Shown: positions 26,804-35,718 of the stretch, in pieces
Layout: each line of letters begins with the position of its first letter
Position numbering within the stretch: the stretch's first letter is position 1
IMG/VR virus record: IMGVR_UViG_3300021133_000010
Span: 1-41,613 of that record
Source of the DNA: a virus
Lineage: Duplodnaviria > Caudoviricetes
Reading direction: 5' to 3' (one strand)
Length of the DNA stretch: 41,613 bases
Notes under the pieces: model-generated
The model's input: only the letters and a program-made list of their open reading frames with translations
Databases searched by the model: none
What the model was told of the DNA's origin: nothing
Position numbers and translations under genes: made by a program

Positions 26804-26998
26804 ATGAGCACTCTATTTAATGATGAGACCCCGAGCATCTTTCCCAAGACCTCTTCGGTACGCAAGGTAGGCTACATCAACTCGACTAGTCCTCTAGTAA
26901 AGCTCGAAATTATTAAAGAGGGCGAAGGACTCAAGGCACGCAACGCCAATAAGCTAGACCTTTCCAACAGTATCTACGAAAAGTTGGAAGAAGAGTGA
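26804..26998 (+). CDS. hypothetical protein
   Basis: ORF downstream of a TGTAA motif; GTGA overlap with the next gene. Confidence 0.7.
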   Translation: MSTLFNDETPSIFPKTSSVRKVGYINSTSPLVKLEIIKEGEGLKARNANKLDLSNSIYEKLEEE

Positions 26999-27363
26999 TA
27001 CTAGCAAGTTTTTTCAACACCAGTAATAACTGGGCCGGCTACATAGCCAATGTAGGTTTTGCCGTAGCTGCCTTGGCCACTGCCGGTAGAATTATCTACA
27101 AGGTACTTACTCGTCATCAAGACAAAAAGATCGACGAACTCAAAGGCCAACTCAATCTACTGCAGGCTGATTCTGAAGTACTAGTCAAAGATCATCAACC
27201 CAATAGTGGCAGTAGCAGTAAGGACCAGTGGAACAAGATCGAGAAGATCGTAGAAGAACTACGTGACGGTCAAGACGCACTCCATCACCAAATCGACCGA
27301 GTCAGAGAACGCATAGTAGAGCACGAAGGGTACCACCGAGGCCTTAACGCCAGGGAGGACTAA
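26995..27363 (+). CDS. single-TM coiled-coil membrane protein (holin/lysis-accessory-like)
   Basis: hydrophobic YIANVGFAVAALATAG then heptads; PNSGSSSKDQ resembles a motif of actinophage lysis-cassette membrane proteins. Confidence 0.6.
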   Translation: MILASFFNTSNNWAGYIANVGFAVAALATAGRIIYKVLTRHQDKKIDELKGQLNLLQADSEVLVKDHQPNSGSSSKDQWNKIEKIVEELRDGQDALHHQIDRVRERIVEHEGYHRGLNARED

Positions 27364-27792
27364 GTGGGCAAGGTAAGCCACTGGGAGTTCCACCCAGCCG
27401 TTAGCAAGACCGGTACCGATAGAACCATCGGAGAACGAGCTGCTGACGGTATGCGTCATGGACTCGGCACCTGGACTTTCCTACTGGGTTTTACTTCGTG
27501 TATGGGTATCTGGCTTGTTACTGGTGGCTTCGGAGCGGATCCGGCCCCGTTCTTCCGACTTAACCTCATACTAAGTATGTTGGCTGGTCTACAGGGTAGT
27601 GTACTACTCATTGCTGCCAAGCGCAGTGACCGTATCGCCGCAGAGTTGGCCGCCTATCATCTAGAAGTCAGTGAGTACACTCGAGAAATTCTAGACCAAC
27701 TGGTACACGCCAAGTATGAACTCGACGAGATCGAGCGAGAACTCGGAATTACACACCACTCTGACAATGTAAACCCTGAAGATCTCCATTAG
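27364..27792 (+). CDS. DUF1003-like membrane protein
   Basis: GERAAD...GTWTF...DPAPFFRLNLILSMLAGLQGSVLLIAAKR pattern, two TM helices. Confidence 0.8.
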   Translation: MGKVSHWEFHPAVSKTGTDRTIGERAADGMRHGLGTWTFLLGFTSCMGIWLVTGGFGADPAPFFRLNLILSMLAGLQGSVLLIAAKRSDRIAAELAAYHLEVSEYTREILDQLVHAKYELDEIERELGITHHSDNVNPEDLH

Positions 27793-27803
27793 AGGAACCG
27801 TAT

Positions 27804-28469
27804 ATGATTAAGTTCGGATCTCCTTCAGTTGGACTAATGGGCGGTAACTCGCTTCTTTCCAGCAAATCTGAAGATATTCGTCTTCATCCGGTGACTTTCG
27901 AAGACTTTACCTTTAAAGAGGCTTCGGGTTACCTCTACGTAGTCTCTAGAGCCATTAGTAGTAGAGTCAATGCCAACTACGATGGATGGCCCGTAGACCA
28001 GATCAAGAAGAGTTACAAGACTTTCGTGGGTCGTCCGATCTACGTAGAGCACAACAACAGTGACCCAGAAAGAGCTCGTGGAGTTATCCTCGATGCAGTC
28101 TACCGGGAAACCAAGTTGGCTTCGGGAATCATTGACGGTAGTGTCTACTGCCTTATGGAAGTAGATGCCGTAACGTTCCCCAAGCTGGCCAATGCAATCA
28201 TGGAGGGAAGTCTCAATGCTGTTAGCATGGGGGCTGACGTAGAAGGTACAATTTGTAGTGCTTGTGGTAAGTACGCTAGCAAGCCCAAAGAGTATTGTAT
28301 GCACATTCCTCGTCTCAAGGGTCGTACCGTCACGGTATATACGTCAGGCAAAAGAACAGAGAGTCTAGTCTACGAAAGTTGCATTAGACCCAACTTCTTC
28401 GAACTTAGTTTTGTATTTGACCCCGCCGACGAGAGTGCCTGGCTACTACAAAAGAAGATGTCTCGATAA
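27804..28469 (+). CDS. prohead (capsid maturation) protease with zinc-binding insert
   Basis: NANYD, PIYVEHN (His), VSMG (Ser), CSACG...YCMH, FFELSFVFDPAD. Confidence 0.85.
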   Translation: MIKFGSPSVGLMGGNSLLSSKSEDIRLHPVTFEDFTFKEASGYLYVVSRAISSRVNANYDGWPVDQIKKSYKTFVGRPIYVEHNNSDPERARGVILDAVYRETKLASGIIDGSVYCLMEVDAVTFPKLANAIMEGSLNAVSMGADVEGTICSACGKYASKPKEYCMHIPRLKGRTVTVYTSGKRTESLVYESCIRPNFFELSFVFDPADESAWLLQKKMSR

Positions 28470-29128
28470 TGCCTATTCTTAAGGTTTCCGAAAACCTCTA
28501 CAAAGAGGCCATGGAAGTAATAAGAATCAATATCACGGTCCTCGGCGATTGCCCACAGTGTCAGGGCCATAATTACCGCAGTGGAGTTTGTGAAGATTGT
28601 GCGTTTATTAGTCCCGAGGTACTAGAGGCTATTAAAGAGTGGCAACAAAGCCAAGGTATTGATCAAAAAGCAGCAGCAGCACGTTTTAGTTTTCTAGATG
28701 CTATGCCCACTTCGGTTATGGACACTAAGTGCCCTAACTGTGGTAAGCTAGGTTTTGATCTCGAGTGTGAATGTGGTCATAGAGACCTCGATACACTCAA
28801 GAGCAAGGGCCTGGAGCTAGTCATCGACGGTACCGGAGTCAAGGACATGAAGGTACGACGTAGATTCCTAAGTCCTTATAGTGTACAAAAAGACAAGCGC
28901 AAGCACAAGAAGAAGCACAAGAAATCGAGTTCTAGACTTTGGGAGCTACAAGAACTTCTAGAATCTAAGCAAGCAAAAACTCCGGGAGCCAGATTGCAGG
29001 ACGATCTAGTGGCTTCCGACAGTCCTGTAACTAGAATGAACAATATGCTACAGACTGATGCACAACTCAAAGATCAGCAATCTGCACAGAATCCATCTTC
29101 CGACGAACAACCCGAGGAGCAAAAATGA
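28469..29128 (+). CDS. zinc-finger protein of the head module
   Basis: CPQC...CEDC, CPNC...CEC; TAATG overlap with the protease gene. Confidence 0.75.
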   Translation: MPILKVSENLYKEAMEVIRINITVLGDCPQCQGHNYRSGVCEDCAFISPEVLEAIKEWQQSQGIDQKAAAARFSFLDAMPTSVMDTKCPNCGKLGFDLECECGHRDLDTLKSKGLELVIDGTGVKDMKVRRRFLSPYSVQKDKRKHKKKHKKSSSRLWELQELLESKQAKTPGARLQDDLVASDSPVTRMNNMLQTDAQLKDQQSAQNPSSDEQPEEQK

Positions 29129-30420
29129 GTCGTTTCGACAACGAACTTACTAAGACAGCCTGGAACGCCTGGCAACAGAGCGGTGCTCCGGGTCCTATCC
29201 AGCAGCACTATGACCAGACAACTCTAGTGGGGACCGAGCCGGCTGTAGGTGTTACACAGGCACCACCTGCTGCCAATGAAGTCAAGGATTGGGTGGCCGA
29301 CACCCCCATGAGTCGTCAGCTACAAGTTACCGACCTCAATGCCGCTGACCCGGGTGGAGAAATCATGTGGGAGCAGGGTAGTAGTGCAATCTGGGCCGAG
29401 GGAGGTCCCATGTACGCCAGTGTTGATGACAGTCTTTACAGCGTTTACAAGGCTAGCCGTGAGATTCGTGACGCCATTGACGCCCAAGAAGATTTTGACT
29501 TTGGTAATCTTTTCACGGCCGCCACTCAAAGCACCAACTTTGTTCGTACTGCCACTGACAATAGTGAAGTTATTCACGCCATGGGCACGATTGCTGGTCT
29601 AGTCAACGACATTGAAAACGATCTGGCCACTGACGGCAACTACCGTCAGGCCTACAAAAACCTAGAGGGTCTAGAGAGTCTTCTTGACACCATTAACAAG
29701 ACCGCTGCCGACGGTGACGACGACGGTGATGGTGACAGCGATAGTGACAGTGACGGCGATGGTGACGGTAAGAAGAAGAAGATGGAAGCTAGTGTAGCCC
29801 AAAAGATCCAGGCTCGCAAGGACCGTCTAGCCACCAACGGTAACCAGGAGACCTTGCAAGTCGTAGACGTACGTGACCTCGATGACGCTGCCGGTGTTTG
29901 GGACCTACAGAAGGTCATGACTCCAGACCACCACACGGAAGTGGAAGTCCCCGAGTATGTAAACGGTATGGATGCCGGCTATGTCCCCTACTACAACGAC
30001 GGTGCCTCCACGGGAGTTACTCCCCAGGTAGACCACGACCGCAACCCTTGGCCCTACGACGGTACTAACCCTGCTCTAATGGGTTACGCCGGTACAGTGG
30101 CCAGTACCACGGAAGTGCGTCAAGCCGCTCGTGAAAAGATCTTTGAGGCTCTACAGGTTGTAGAGCGTCTAGAAAAGCTTGGAATGGTCCAAGAAGGTGA
30201 CCGTGCAAAGCACATCGCCAAATTTGAGCAAATGTCGGATGCTAAGCTTGAGGGTTTCAAGACTAGCCTGACGATGCTCGAAGAGTCTGGGGCTCGTCAA
30301 CCCCGGAGCCAAAAGGTAGCAAGCATCGGTAGTCGCTTGCCCGAAATGGGTCGTATGACGACGGCCTCAGCAGTTACTCGCCAGGACGTAAGTTCTGACG
30401 ATTGGCTGATGACACTTTAA
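29125..30420 (+). CDS. putative scaffolding/prohead core protein
   Basis: position between protease and capsid genes; acidic, helical, many K/R-x-A sites. Confidence 0.6.
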   Translation: MSRFDNELTKTAWNAWQQSGAPGPIQQHYDQTTLVGTEPAVGVTQAPPAANEVKDWVADTPMSRQLQVTDLNAADPGGEIMWEQGSSAIWAEGGPMYASVDDSLYSVYKASREIRDAIDAQEDFDFGNLFTAATQSTNFVRTATDNSEVIHAMGTIAGLVNDIENDLATDGNYRQAYKNLEGLESLLDTINKTAADGDDDGDGDSDSDSDGDGDGKKKKMEASVAQKIQARKDRLATNGNQETLQVVDVRDLDDAAGVWDLQKVMTPDHHTEVEVPEYVNGMDAGYVPYYNDGASTGVTPQVDHDRNPWPYDGTNPALMGYAGTVASTTEVRQAAREKIFEALQVVERLEKLGMVQEGDRAKHIAKFEQMSDAKLEGFKTSLTMLEESGARQPRSQKVASIGSRLPEMGRMTTASAVTRQDVSSDDWLMTL

Positions 30421-30447
30421 CCAGATCCCCTACAAGGAGAAAGAAAA

Positions 30448-30969
30448 ATGCTGCAACTCAACAGCGTAGCTAACGTTGGGGTACACCGTACGTGCACTCC
30501 ATTGTACGAAAAGTACGAGGCTACACCATACAACACATTCCTGGACCCGACAGACACTAACAACATCTACTCGGGCATGGTCATGTACCGTACAGGTCCT
30601 GACACCGTGGCTCTAGCCAGTGGTAGCATCGGCAGTAGCGCCAAGCCTTTTGGCCTTAGTGCTCTCGACCGCAACCCCAACATCGACGACGTGACTCAGG
30701 TCGGCGTCAACACTTGGGCCGTTTGGCTGGGTGGCGCTAACGCCTTCTTCACGCTAACTGCTCCGGCGTTCGACACCACGGTTGCCTACTCGGTTAGCGG
30801 TACCGGTCAGCGTGTGCTTCTATACACTTCGAGTGGTACACCCGGTCAGCTCACCACGGCCTCTGGTACTAGCGCTACTCTTGGTGCCGTTCCGGTTGCT
30901 GAGCTCATCGACGTGATCAGCCCCACGCAAATCGTTGTCCGCCTAGTACCGTTCGGTGCTACTGCTTAA
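30448..30969 (+). CDS. putative capsid decoration/cement protein
   Basis: 173 aa, beta-rich, immediately upstream of the major capsid gene; AAGGAG SD. Confidence 0.65.
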   Translation: MLQLNSVANVGVHRTCTPLYEKYEATPYNTFLDPTDTNNIYSGMVMYRTGPDTVALASGSIGSSAKPFGLSALDRNPNIDDVTQVGVNTWAVWLGGANAFFTLTAPAFDTTVAYSVSGTGQRVLLYTSSGTPGQLTTASGTSATLGAVPVAELIDVISPTQIVVRLVPFGATA

Positions 30970-30991
30970 TTCCCTTGAAAGGATAAATACA

Positions 30992-32005
30992 ATGAGTACA
31001 CTTATGCCGAATGGAGCCGTCGCCGAGCATCTTGCTCCCCGTACGGCCAAGCGCTCGGACGACTATGTGGCCGGCATTGTCGAGGCTCAAGAGCGTCTCG
31101 CTTCCGCCACTGGTCGCAAGACCGCTACTCGTGAGGAGAAGCAGCGTCGTCTAGCTGGTATCCTTGCTGACAAGGACAACTACATGGTCCGCTTGGGCCA
31201 GGGTATGATCGGTCCTATCCAGTTGAAGCTTCGTTACCAGGGTATGACCCGTAACGTTCTTCTGGAAGACCCACTAACCCCGGGTGTCCCCGTCATGTAC
31301 GACGTCCTGGACGAGTACGGCCAAGCCTACATCCTCTCGGGTAACGAGGGTGAAGTTCGCGTAACGCCGTTCGAAGGCAAGAAGGTTCCGGTCCGCCTGT
31401 TCCGTATCGCCACGTTTCCACAGATCAAGAAGGAAGACCTCTGGTACCTTCGCGTTAACATCGTAGAGTATGCTCAGGACATGTCCAAGCAGGCCATCAT
31501 GATGCAGGAAGACGCCCGTCTTATCACGGTGCTCGAGGCTGCCATCAACAACTACGCCGTTGACCCGAACCACGTCGTCAGCCCCAACCACATCGTCAAC
31601 GAGCTTTCGGGTTACATCACACCTGACTCGATGTACGACCTGGTCGCTCTCATCGAGGTCCACCAGTTGGAGGCCAGTCGTCTTCTGTTCAACCCCATCG
31701 ACTACCGTGACCTCTACAAGTGGGACATCAACCAGACCGGTTGGGCCTTCAAGGACCGCGTTGTCGCCGGTGAGCGTATCGTTCAGTTCGGTGGCTTCCA
31801 GGTCCAGCGTAGTATCGAGGTTCCTCAGGGTACGGTCTACATGACCCCAAGTCCTGAGTTCCTCGGTGTTATGCCGGTCATGTACAGTCTCGACGTCGAA
31901 GAGAACCACACCCCTGAGAAGTTCCACAAGGGTTGGGTCATGGACGAGCTCATCTCGCTGATCGTCCTTAACCCCCGTGGTCTCGGCAAGATCGTCAAGG
32001 CCTAG
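30992..32005 (+). CDS. major capsid protein
   Basis: RLGQGMIGPIQLKLRYQG...RNVLLEDP...FEGK...FRIA recalled from Bxz1-like capsids; C-terminal IVLNPRGLGKI; strongly biased codon usage. Confidence 0.9.
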   Translation: MSTLMPNGAVAEHLAPRTAKRSDDYVAGIVEAQERLASATGRKTATREEKQRRLAGILADKDNYMVRLGQGMIGPIQLKLRYQGMTRNVLLEDPLTPGVPVMYDVLDEYGQAYILSGNEGEVRVTPFEGKKVPVRLFRIATFPQIKKEDLWYLRVNIVEYAQDMSKQAIMMQEDARLITVLEAAINNYAVDPNHVVSPNHIVNELSGYITPDSMYDLVALIEVHQLEASRLLFNPIDYRDLYKWDINQTGWAFKDRVVAGERIVQFGGFQVQRSIEVPQGTVYMTPSPEFLGVMPVMYSLDVEENHTPEKFHKGWVMDELISLIVLNPRGLGKIVKA

Positions 32006-32017
32006 TAGTAGTCTCAA

Positions 32018-32060
32018 GAGGATTTGGGCTACCGTCTGCTGATATGGGGCCCAGATCTTC
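32018..32060 (+). terminator. long hairpin after the major capsid gene (terminator or mRNA stabiliser)
   Basis: GAGGATTTGGGCT pairs with GGCCCAGATCTTC including G-U pairs; no U tract. Confidence 0.55.
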
Positions 32061-32164
32061 GGAGAATGTAATACCCTTGATGTTGTAAACTAGGTATTGA
32101 TAGGTTCCCCGGAATTTATCCTGCCAGGAGAGACGGTCTCTCCCTTGAAGCAAGGAGCATAAAA

Positions 32165-32722
32165 ATGTCAAAGACAGTATCTCGTAGTGGTGATAACGGA
32201 GAGAGTCAGCCGGTTCCGGTTGCCGATCTTGGTGGTCATTTCGAAGAGCACCGTCCAGATCCCGTAGAGTTGAGCAAGGCCAGAACCCCTGCCCAAATCT
32301 CGTTTGAGGGCATGCAGAGTATCGAGACCAATGGTTGGATCGAGAATCTCATGTCTTCTAGTACGGTATTTACTAGTGCCAAGGGTAGCTTTAAGCTATC
32401 TGGCAACGGTTACCACGGTAGTATCCAGACTATCGACGAAGCAATTCGTAGGGACGCTTACGTCCTAAGAGCAGTACAACGTGGTCGCATTCGTTTCCTC
32501 ACTGATGACGAGGCCATGGAAAGAATCGGTGAGTTGCAGGACGAAACCAGTCACAGTGAAAGTCACTTGGACCACTTGCGTGAAAGTCTTAACGCAGGAG
32601 CTTCGGACAACAACGGTATGTACAAGATCCCGTTGCCCGATGAAGCAGAGCCCAAGGGTCCAAGCCAAACCTGGGAGCAAGTCTGGCAAGGGAGTAATAC
32701 CCCCAAACCCAAGAACGTTTAA
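32165..32722 (+). CDS. hypothetical protein
   Basis: AAGGAG SD; 185-aa ORF. Confidence 0.85.
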   Translation: MSKTVSRSGDNGESQPVPVADLGGHFEEHRPDPVELSKARTPAQISFEGMQSIETNGWIENLMSSSTVFTSAKGSFKLSGNGYHGSIQTIDEAIRRDAYVLRAVQRGRIRFLTDDEAMERIGELQDETSHSESHLDHLRESLNAGASDNNGMYKIPLPDEAEPKGPSQTWEQVWQGSNTPKPKNV

Positions 32723-32760
32723 CTGGTGGAGTAAAAGCTCCACCTCTACAAGGAGCTTAA

Positions 32761-33048
32761 ATGAGCGACGAAACCAAAAAGAAGGCAGAGGCTCCGGTCG
32801 AGGCCGCTAGTCCAGAAGTAGCCGACGAGGGTGCCGTTCGTGCCATTGTCCCGTCGGGTGTTGCCGTCAATACTCTGAGTACTGGTGCCGGTTACTGGTT
32901 TGGTCCATATTTGCCGCAGACCTACCCGGGTACAGTGGTCAGTGGTTATGCACAGCCCACTACTAGCGGTAACGGTTACGGCGGAAGCAACAATACCGGC
33001 TTCGTCTTCCAGAACGACCAGTACAACACAACCGTGAGAGGATTCTAA
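32761..33048 (+). CDS. putative virion protein
   Basis: AAGGAG SD; G/S/T/Y-rich. Confidence 0.7.
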   Translation: MSDETKKKAEAPVEAASPEVADEGAVRAIVPSGVAVNTLSTGAGYWFGPYLPQTYPGTVVSGYAQPTTSGNGYGGSNNTGFVFQNDQYNTTVRGF

Positions 33049-33049
33049 T

Positions 33050-33970
33050 ATGGCTACTACTCCCAACTTCGCAGCTGAAGTCCAGGCCAAGCAGACACTA
33101 CGCAGTGTAAGTCGTGGTGGCTCAAACCCCTGGTACGAGGGCATTGACCCGGCCATCCTAGTCAACGCCTACAGCACAACTAGTGGTGTACTGGAACTGG
33201 CAGTTCCCAGCACCAACACCAACTTCACCATTAGTGGTAGCAATACTCAGGTTACCTCCGTTCTAACACCGACCACTCAGGTTAGTGGTCTAGTGGCCAC
33301 TTTGGCAGCTACGGCACTTAGCGGTATTCCGTTCTACGTCAACGCCGGTGGTGCCAACTACATCGGTGGTACTACAACGACCATCGTGGTCCCGAGTGGT
33401 GCAGGTCTCACGGTCAATAACGGTGCCGGTACTACACCGGTTCTTACCAACGTAGTACTACAAACCGTGGGTACCCTTACGGCACTTACCGGTACTGGTA
33501 CGACCTGGAGTGGCACAGTTAGCGGTATGCAGTATCCGTTCTCGGTCGGGCAGGTCATTACCATCGGTACGGTTACAGGTACGACAATCAGTGGTTTCAC
33601 TGGTGGTAGTGGTACCGTAACTGCTTCGACGGCTAGTGGTTTTGTAATCACCAACACTACACTCAGTGGTAGTGGTTTTAACAGTGGTCAGTTCCCTTCG
33701 GCCACTGCCAGTAACCTTTCAGTTGCCTTCCCCAACTACGCCGGTACTCCCAACGCTACTCCTACTTGGATCGATGATGCCACGGCACACGTCTACCCGG
33801 TTAGCGGCATCGGCGCTATTGTTCAGGACACTACTCGTACAGAGCAAAAGCAAGTTCGTCAGATCAGTACCAATGTCAGCGAAACCCAACAGTATAATGG
33901 TTACTTTGCTACCTACAGTGGTAACCTCTACCAGTCGGGTCAAAAGCGCACCTACCGTCAGCAGTCGTAA
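33050..33970 (+). CDS. T/S/G-rich putative virion surface protein
   Basis: GAGGA SD; beta-strand composition; shares a domain with the sheath insertion. Confidence 0.75.
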   Translation: MATTPNFAAEVQAKQTLRSVSRGGSNPWYEGIDPAILVNAYSTTSGVLELAVPSTNTNFTISGSNTQVTSVLTPTTQVSGLVATLAATALSGIPFYVNAGGANYIGGTTTTIVVPSGAGLTVNNGAGTTPVLTNVVLQTVGTLTALTGTGTTWSGTVSGMQYPFSVGQVITIGTVTGTTISGFTGGSGTVTASTASGFVITNTTLSGSGFNSGQFPSATASNLSVAFPNYAGTPNATPTWIDDATAHVYPVSGIGAIVQDTTRTEQKQVRQISTNVSETQQYNGYFATYSGNLYQSGQKRTYRQQS

Positions 33971-33990
33971 TAACCCAACATCAAAACAGC

Positions 33991-34024
33991 AAGAGCGGTC
34001 CGGGCGACTCCCCGGGCCGTTTTT
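33991..34024 (+). terminator. intrinsic terminator
   Basis: GCGGTCCGGG-CGACTC-CCCGGGCCGT stem-loop followed by a T tract. Confidence 0.8.
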
Positions 34025-34083
34025 GTGTCAGTAATGTACTCGAAGGTCTAGAACAGACTAGTGTTTCTACGAAGGAGATTCTC

Positions 34084-34641
34084 GTGACTACACCAATAGC
34101 AGTAGACGGACGCCCAGTAGCAGTAGAGTGGGCCAATTTTTTTGTCAACGACAACAAGATTAGCCGCAACAAGTACATCTACACCGAAGGTGCTCAAAGA
34201 ATGTCTGAGGAGGCGATTTGGCCTCTTAAGTACCCGTTCTTTGCTGACTGCTCGGCTTTTGTAACAGTTTGCTACTCTCTCGCCGGTATGCATGACCCCA
34301 ACGGTCAGAAATACAACCACACAGGCTACACTGGCACACTACTGGCCAATGGCAGACACATCGACAATATCAACTATGTTCATCCGGGTGACATCGTCGT
34401 CTACGGTACAGGTACAGGAAGTCATGCTGCCATCGTTGTAGAGGTTCACGCCAAAGACGGTGGTAGAGACATACTTACGGCCAGTTTTGGCCAGCAGGGA
34501 GACCCCAGTTACTGTTGGGTTGATCGACCCACTAGTGTACCTTCCCGAGGCTACGGCTACGACGGTAGACACCCGCAAACCTTCCTAGCCTTCGACCCCA
34601 CAGTGGTAAGAACTCAACACCACCCCAAAGACATCAAGTAG
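34084..34641 (+). CDS. NlpC/P60 cysteine peptidase (putative cell-wall hydrolase)
   Basis: ADCSAFV (Cys), PGDIVVYG, SHAAIV (His); AAGGAG SD. Confidence 0.85.
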   Translation: MTTPIAVDGRPVAVEWANFFVNDNKISRNKYIYTEGAQRMSEEAIWPLKYPFFADCSAFVTVCYSLAGMHDPNGQKYNHTGYTGTLLANGRHIDNINYVHPGDIVVYGTGTGSHAAIVVEVHAKDGGRDILTASFGQQGDPSYCWVDRPTSVPSRGYGYDGRHPQTFLAFDPTVVRTQHHPKDIK

Positions 34642-34656
34642 ATCTAGGAGAACAGT

Positions 34657-35718
34657 GTGGCTAGAATCAGGGCCAACTTTAATAGTGGAATAGTATCGGG
34701 GACTGTAAGTACTGCTACTGCTGGTACAGTAGTGACCATGACAGGTATTACTGGGCCGTCTATCCCCAACGGGTCCTATATGCCCATCATACTGAGTCCC
34801 GGCTACTTCGGTAGTAGTCAAGCCGGTGAAATTGCCTATGTTACAGCCATTACTAGTGGTAACGTTGCTACCGTAACTCGAGCCCAAGAGAACACTACGG
34901 CCGTTACGGGTACAGGGGTTGCCTGGCTAACTGGTCCTTTGGTCAGTGACTTTGGATTATCCAATCAGATCGCCAATGCCGACTTTCCAACACCAGCCTC
35001 AGGTCAAGTACTAGTAGGCACTAGCACTAGTGGAGCTGCTTTTACCAATACGGTTAGTGGGCTTAACGTCACCTACAGTACCCATAGTGGTGGAACATTT
35101 AGTGGTACTATTACCAACGGTGGCACTATTAGTGGTGGAAACATTGTAGCCACTATTACGGGTAGTAGCATAATCAACAGCACCATTAGTGGAGCTACCA
35201 TCAGTGGCAGTACTATCGGACCCGGTAATACTTTGGCCTATAGTGATATTACAGCAGGGAGCAACGGACAGACCCTAGTCACCGTAAGTGGGTCCACAGT
35301 TTGGGCCAACCCGGTCAAAGTATTTACTCCATCATACAGTGACAACCTAACTGTTACGTCTACCCAAAACTACTATTGGGGAGTTGGTGTTGTATACGCA
35401 ACCGGTTACTCTAGCTACCTAGTGTCTATTAACGGGGCCGTAAATGCTACATCTTCAGGCGGCTTATGTAACCTGAATCTACAAACTTTCTCACTAGTTT
35501 CGGGTACTCTCACAGCTGGACCCAGTGGCGCTAATCAAATCTTTTACGTCAATACTACTATCCCCACTACTTGGACCATACTAGACACACTAACCGGTTT
35601 TGACCCCAACCAAACCTACTCCATTAGCTTCGTAAGCTATCACAATAATGGAACCGGTGGCGGAAACAACGACTTCAACTTGCGCACTATGTACATCAAG
35701 GTTACCGGTATAGCCTAA
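34657..35718 (+). CDS. putative fibre/whisker protein
   Basis: VTRAQENTTA N-terminal motif common in phage fibres, T[IF]SG repeats, beta-sandwich-like C-terminus. Confidence 0.65.
   Translation: MARIRANFNSGIVSGTVSTATAGTVVTMTGITGPSIPNGSYMPIILSPGYFGSSQAGEIAYVTAITSGNVATVTRAQENTTAVTGTGVAWLTGPLVSDFGLSNQIANADFPTPASGQVLVGTSTSGAAFTNTVSGLNVTYSTHSGGTFSGTITNGGTISGGNIVATITGSSIINSTISGATISGSTIGPGNTLAYSDITAGSNGQTLVTVSGSTVWANPVKVFTPSYSDNLTVTSTQNYYWGVGVVYATGYSSYLVSINGAVNATSSGGLCNLNLQTFSLVSGTLTAGPSGANQIFYVNTTIPTTWTILDTLTGFDPNQTYSISFVSYHNNGTGGGNNDFNLRTMYIKVTGIA

Noticed and set aside
29707-29781. GACGGT/GACAGT-like repeats encoding DGDDDGDGDSDSDSDGDGDG
   Set aside because: Low-complexity acidic linker in a coding region, not an independent repeat element.
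31274-32017. 247-aa ORF antisense to the major capsid gene
   Set aside because: Shadow frame expected from strong codon bias; the same applies to other antisense ORFs such as 12558..13079 and 27834..28304.
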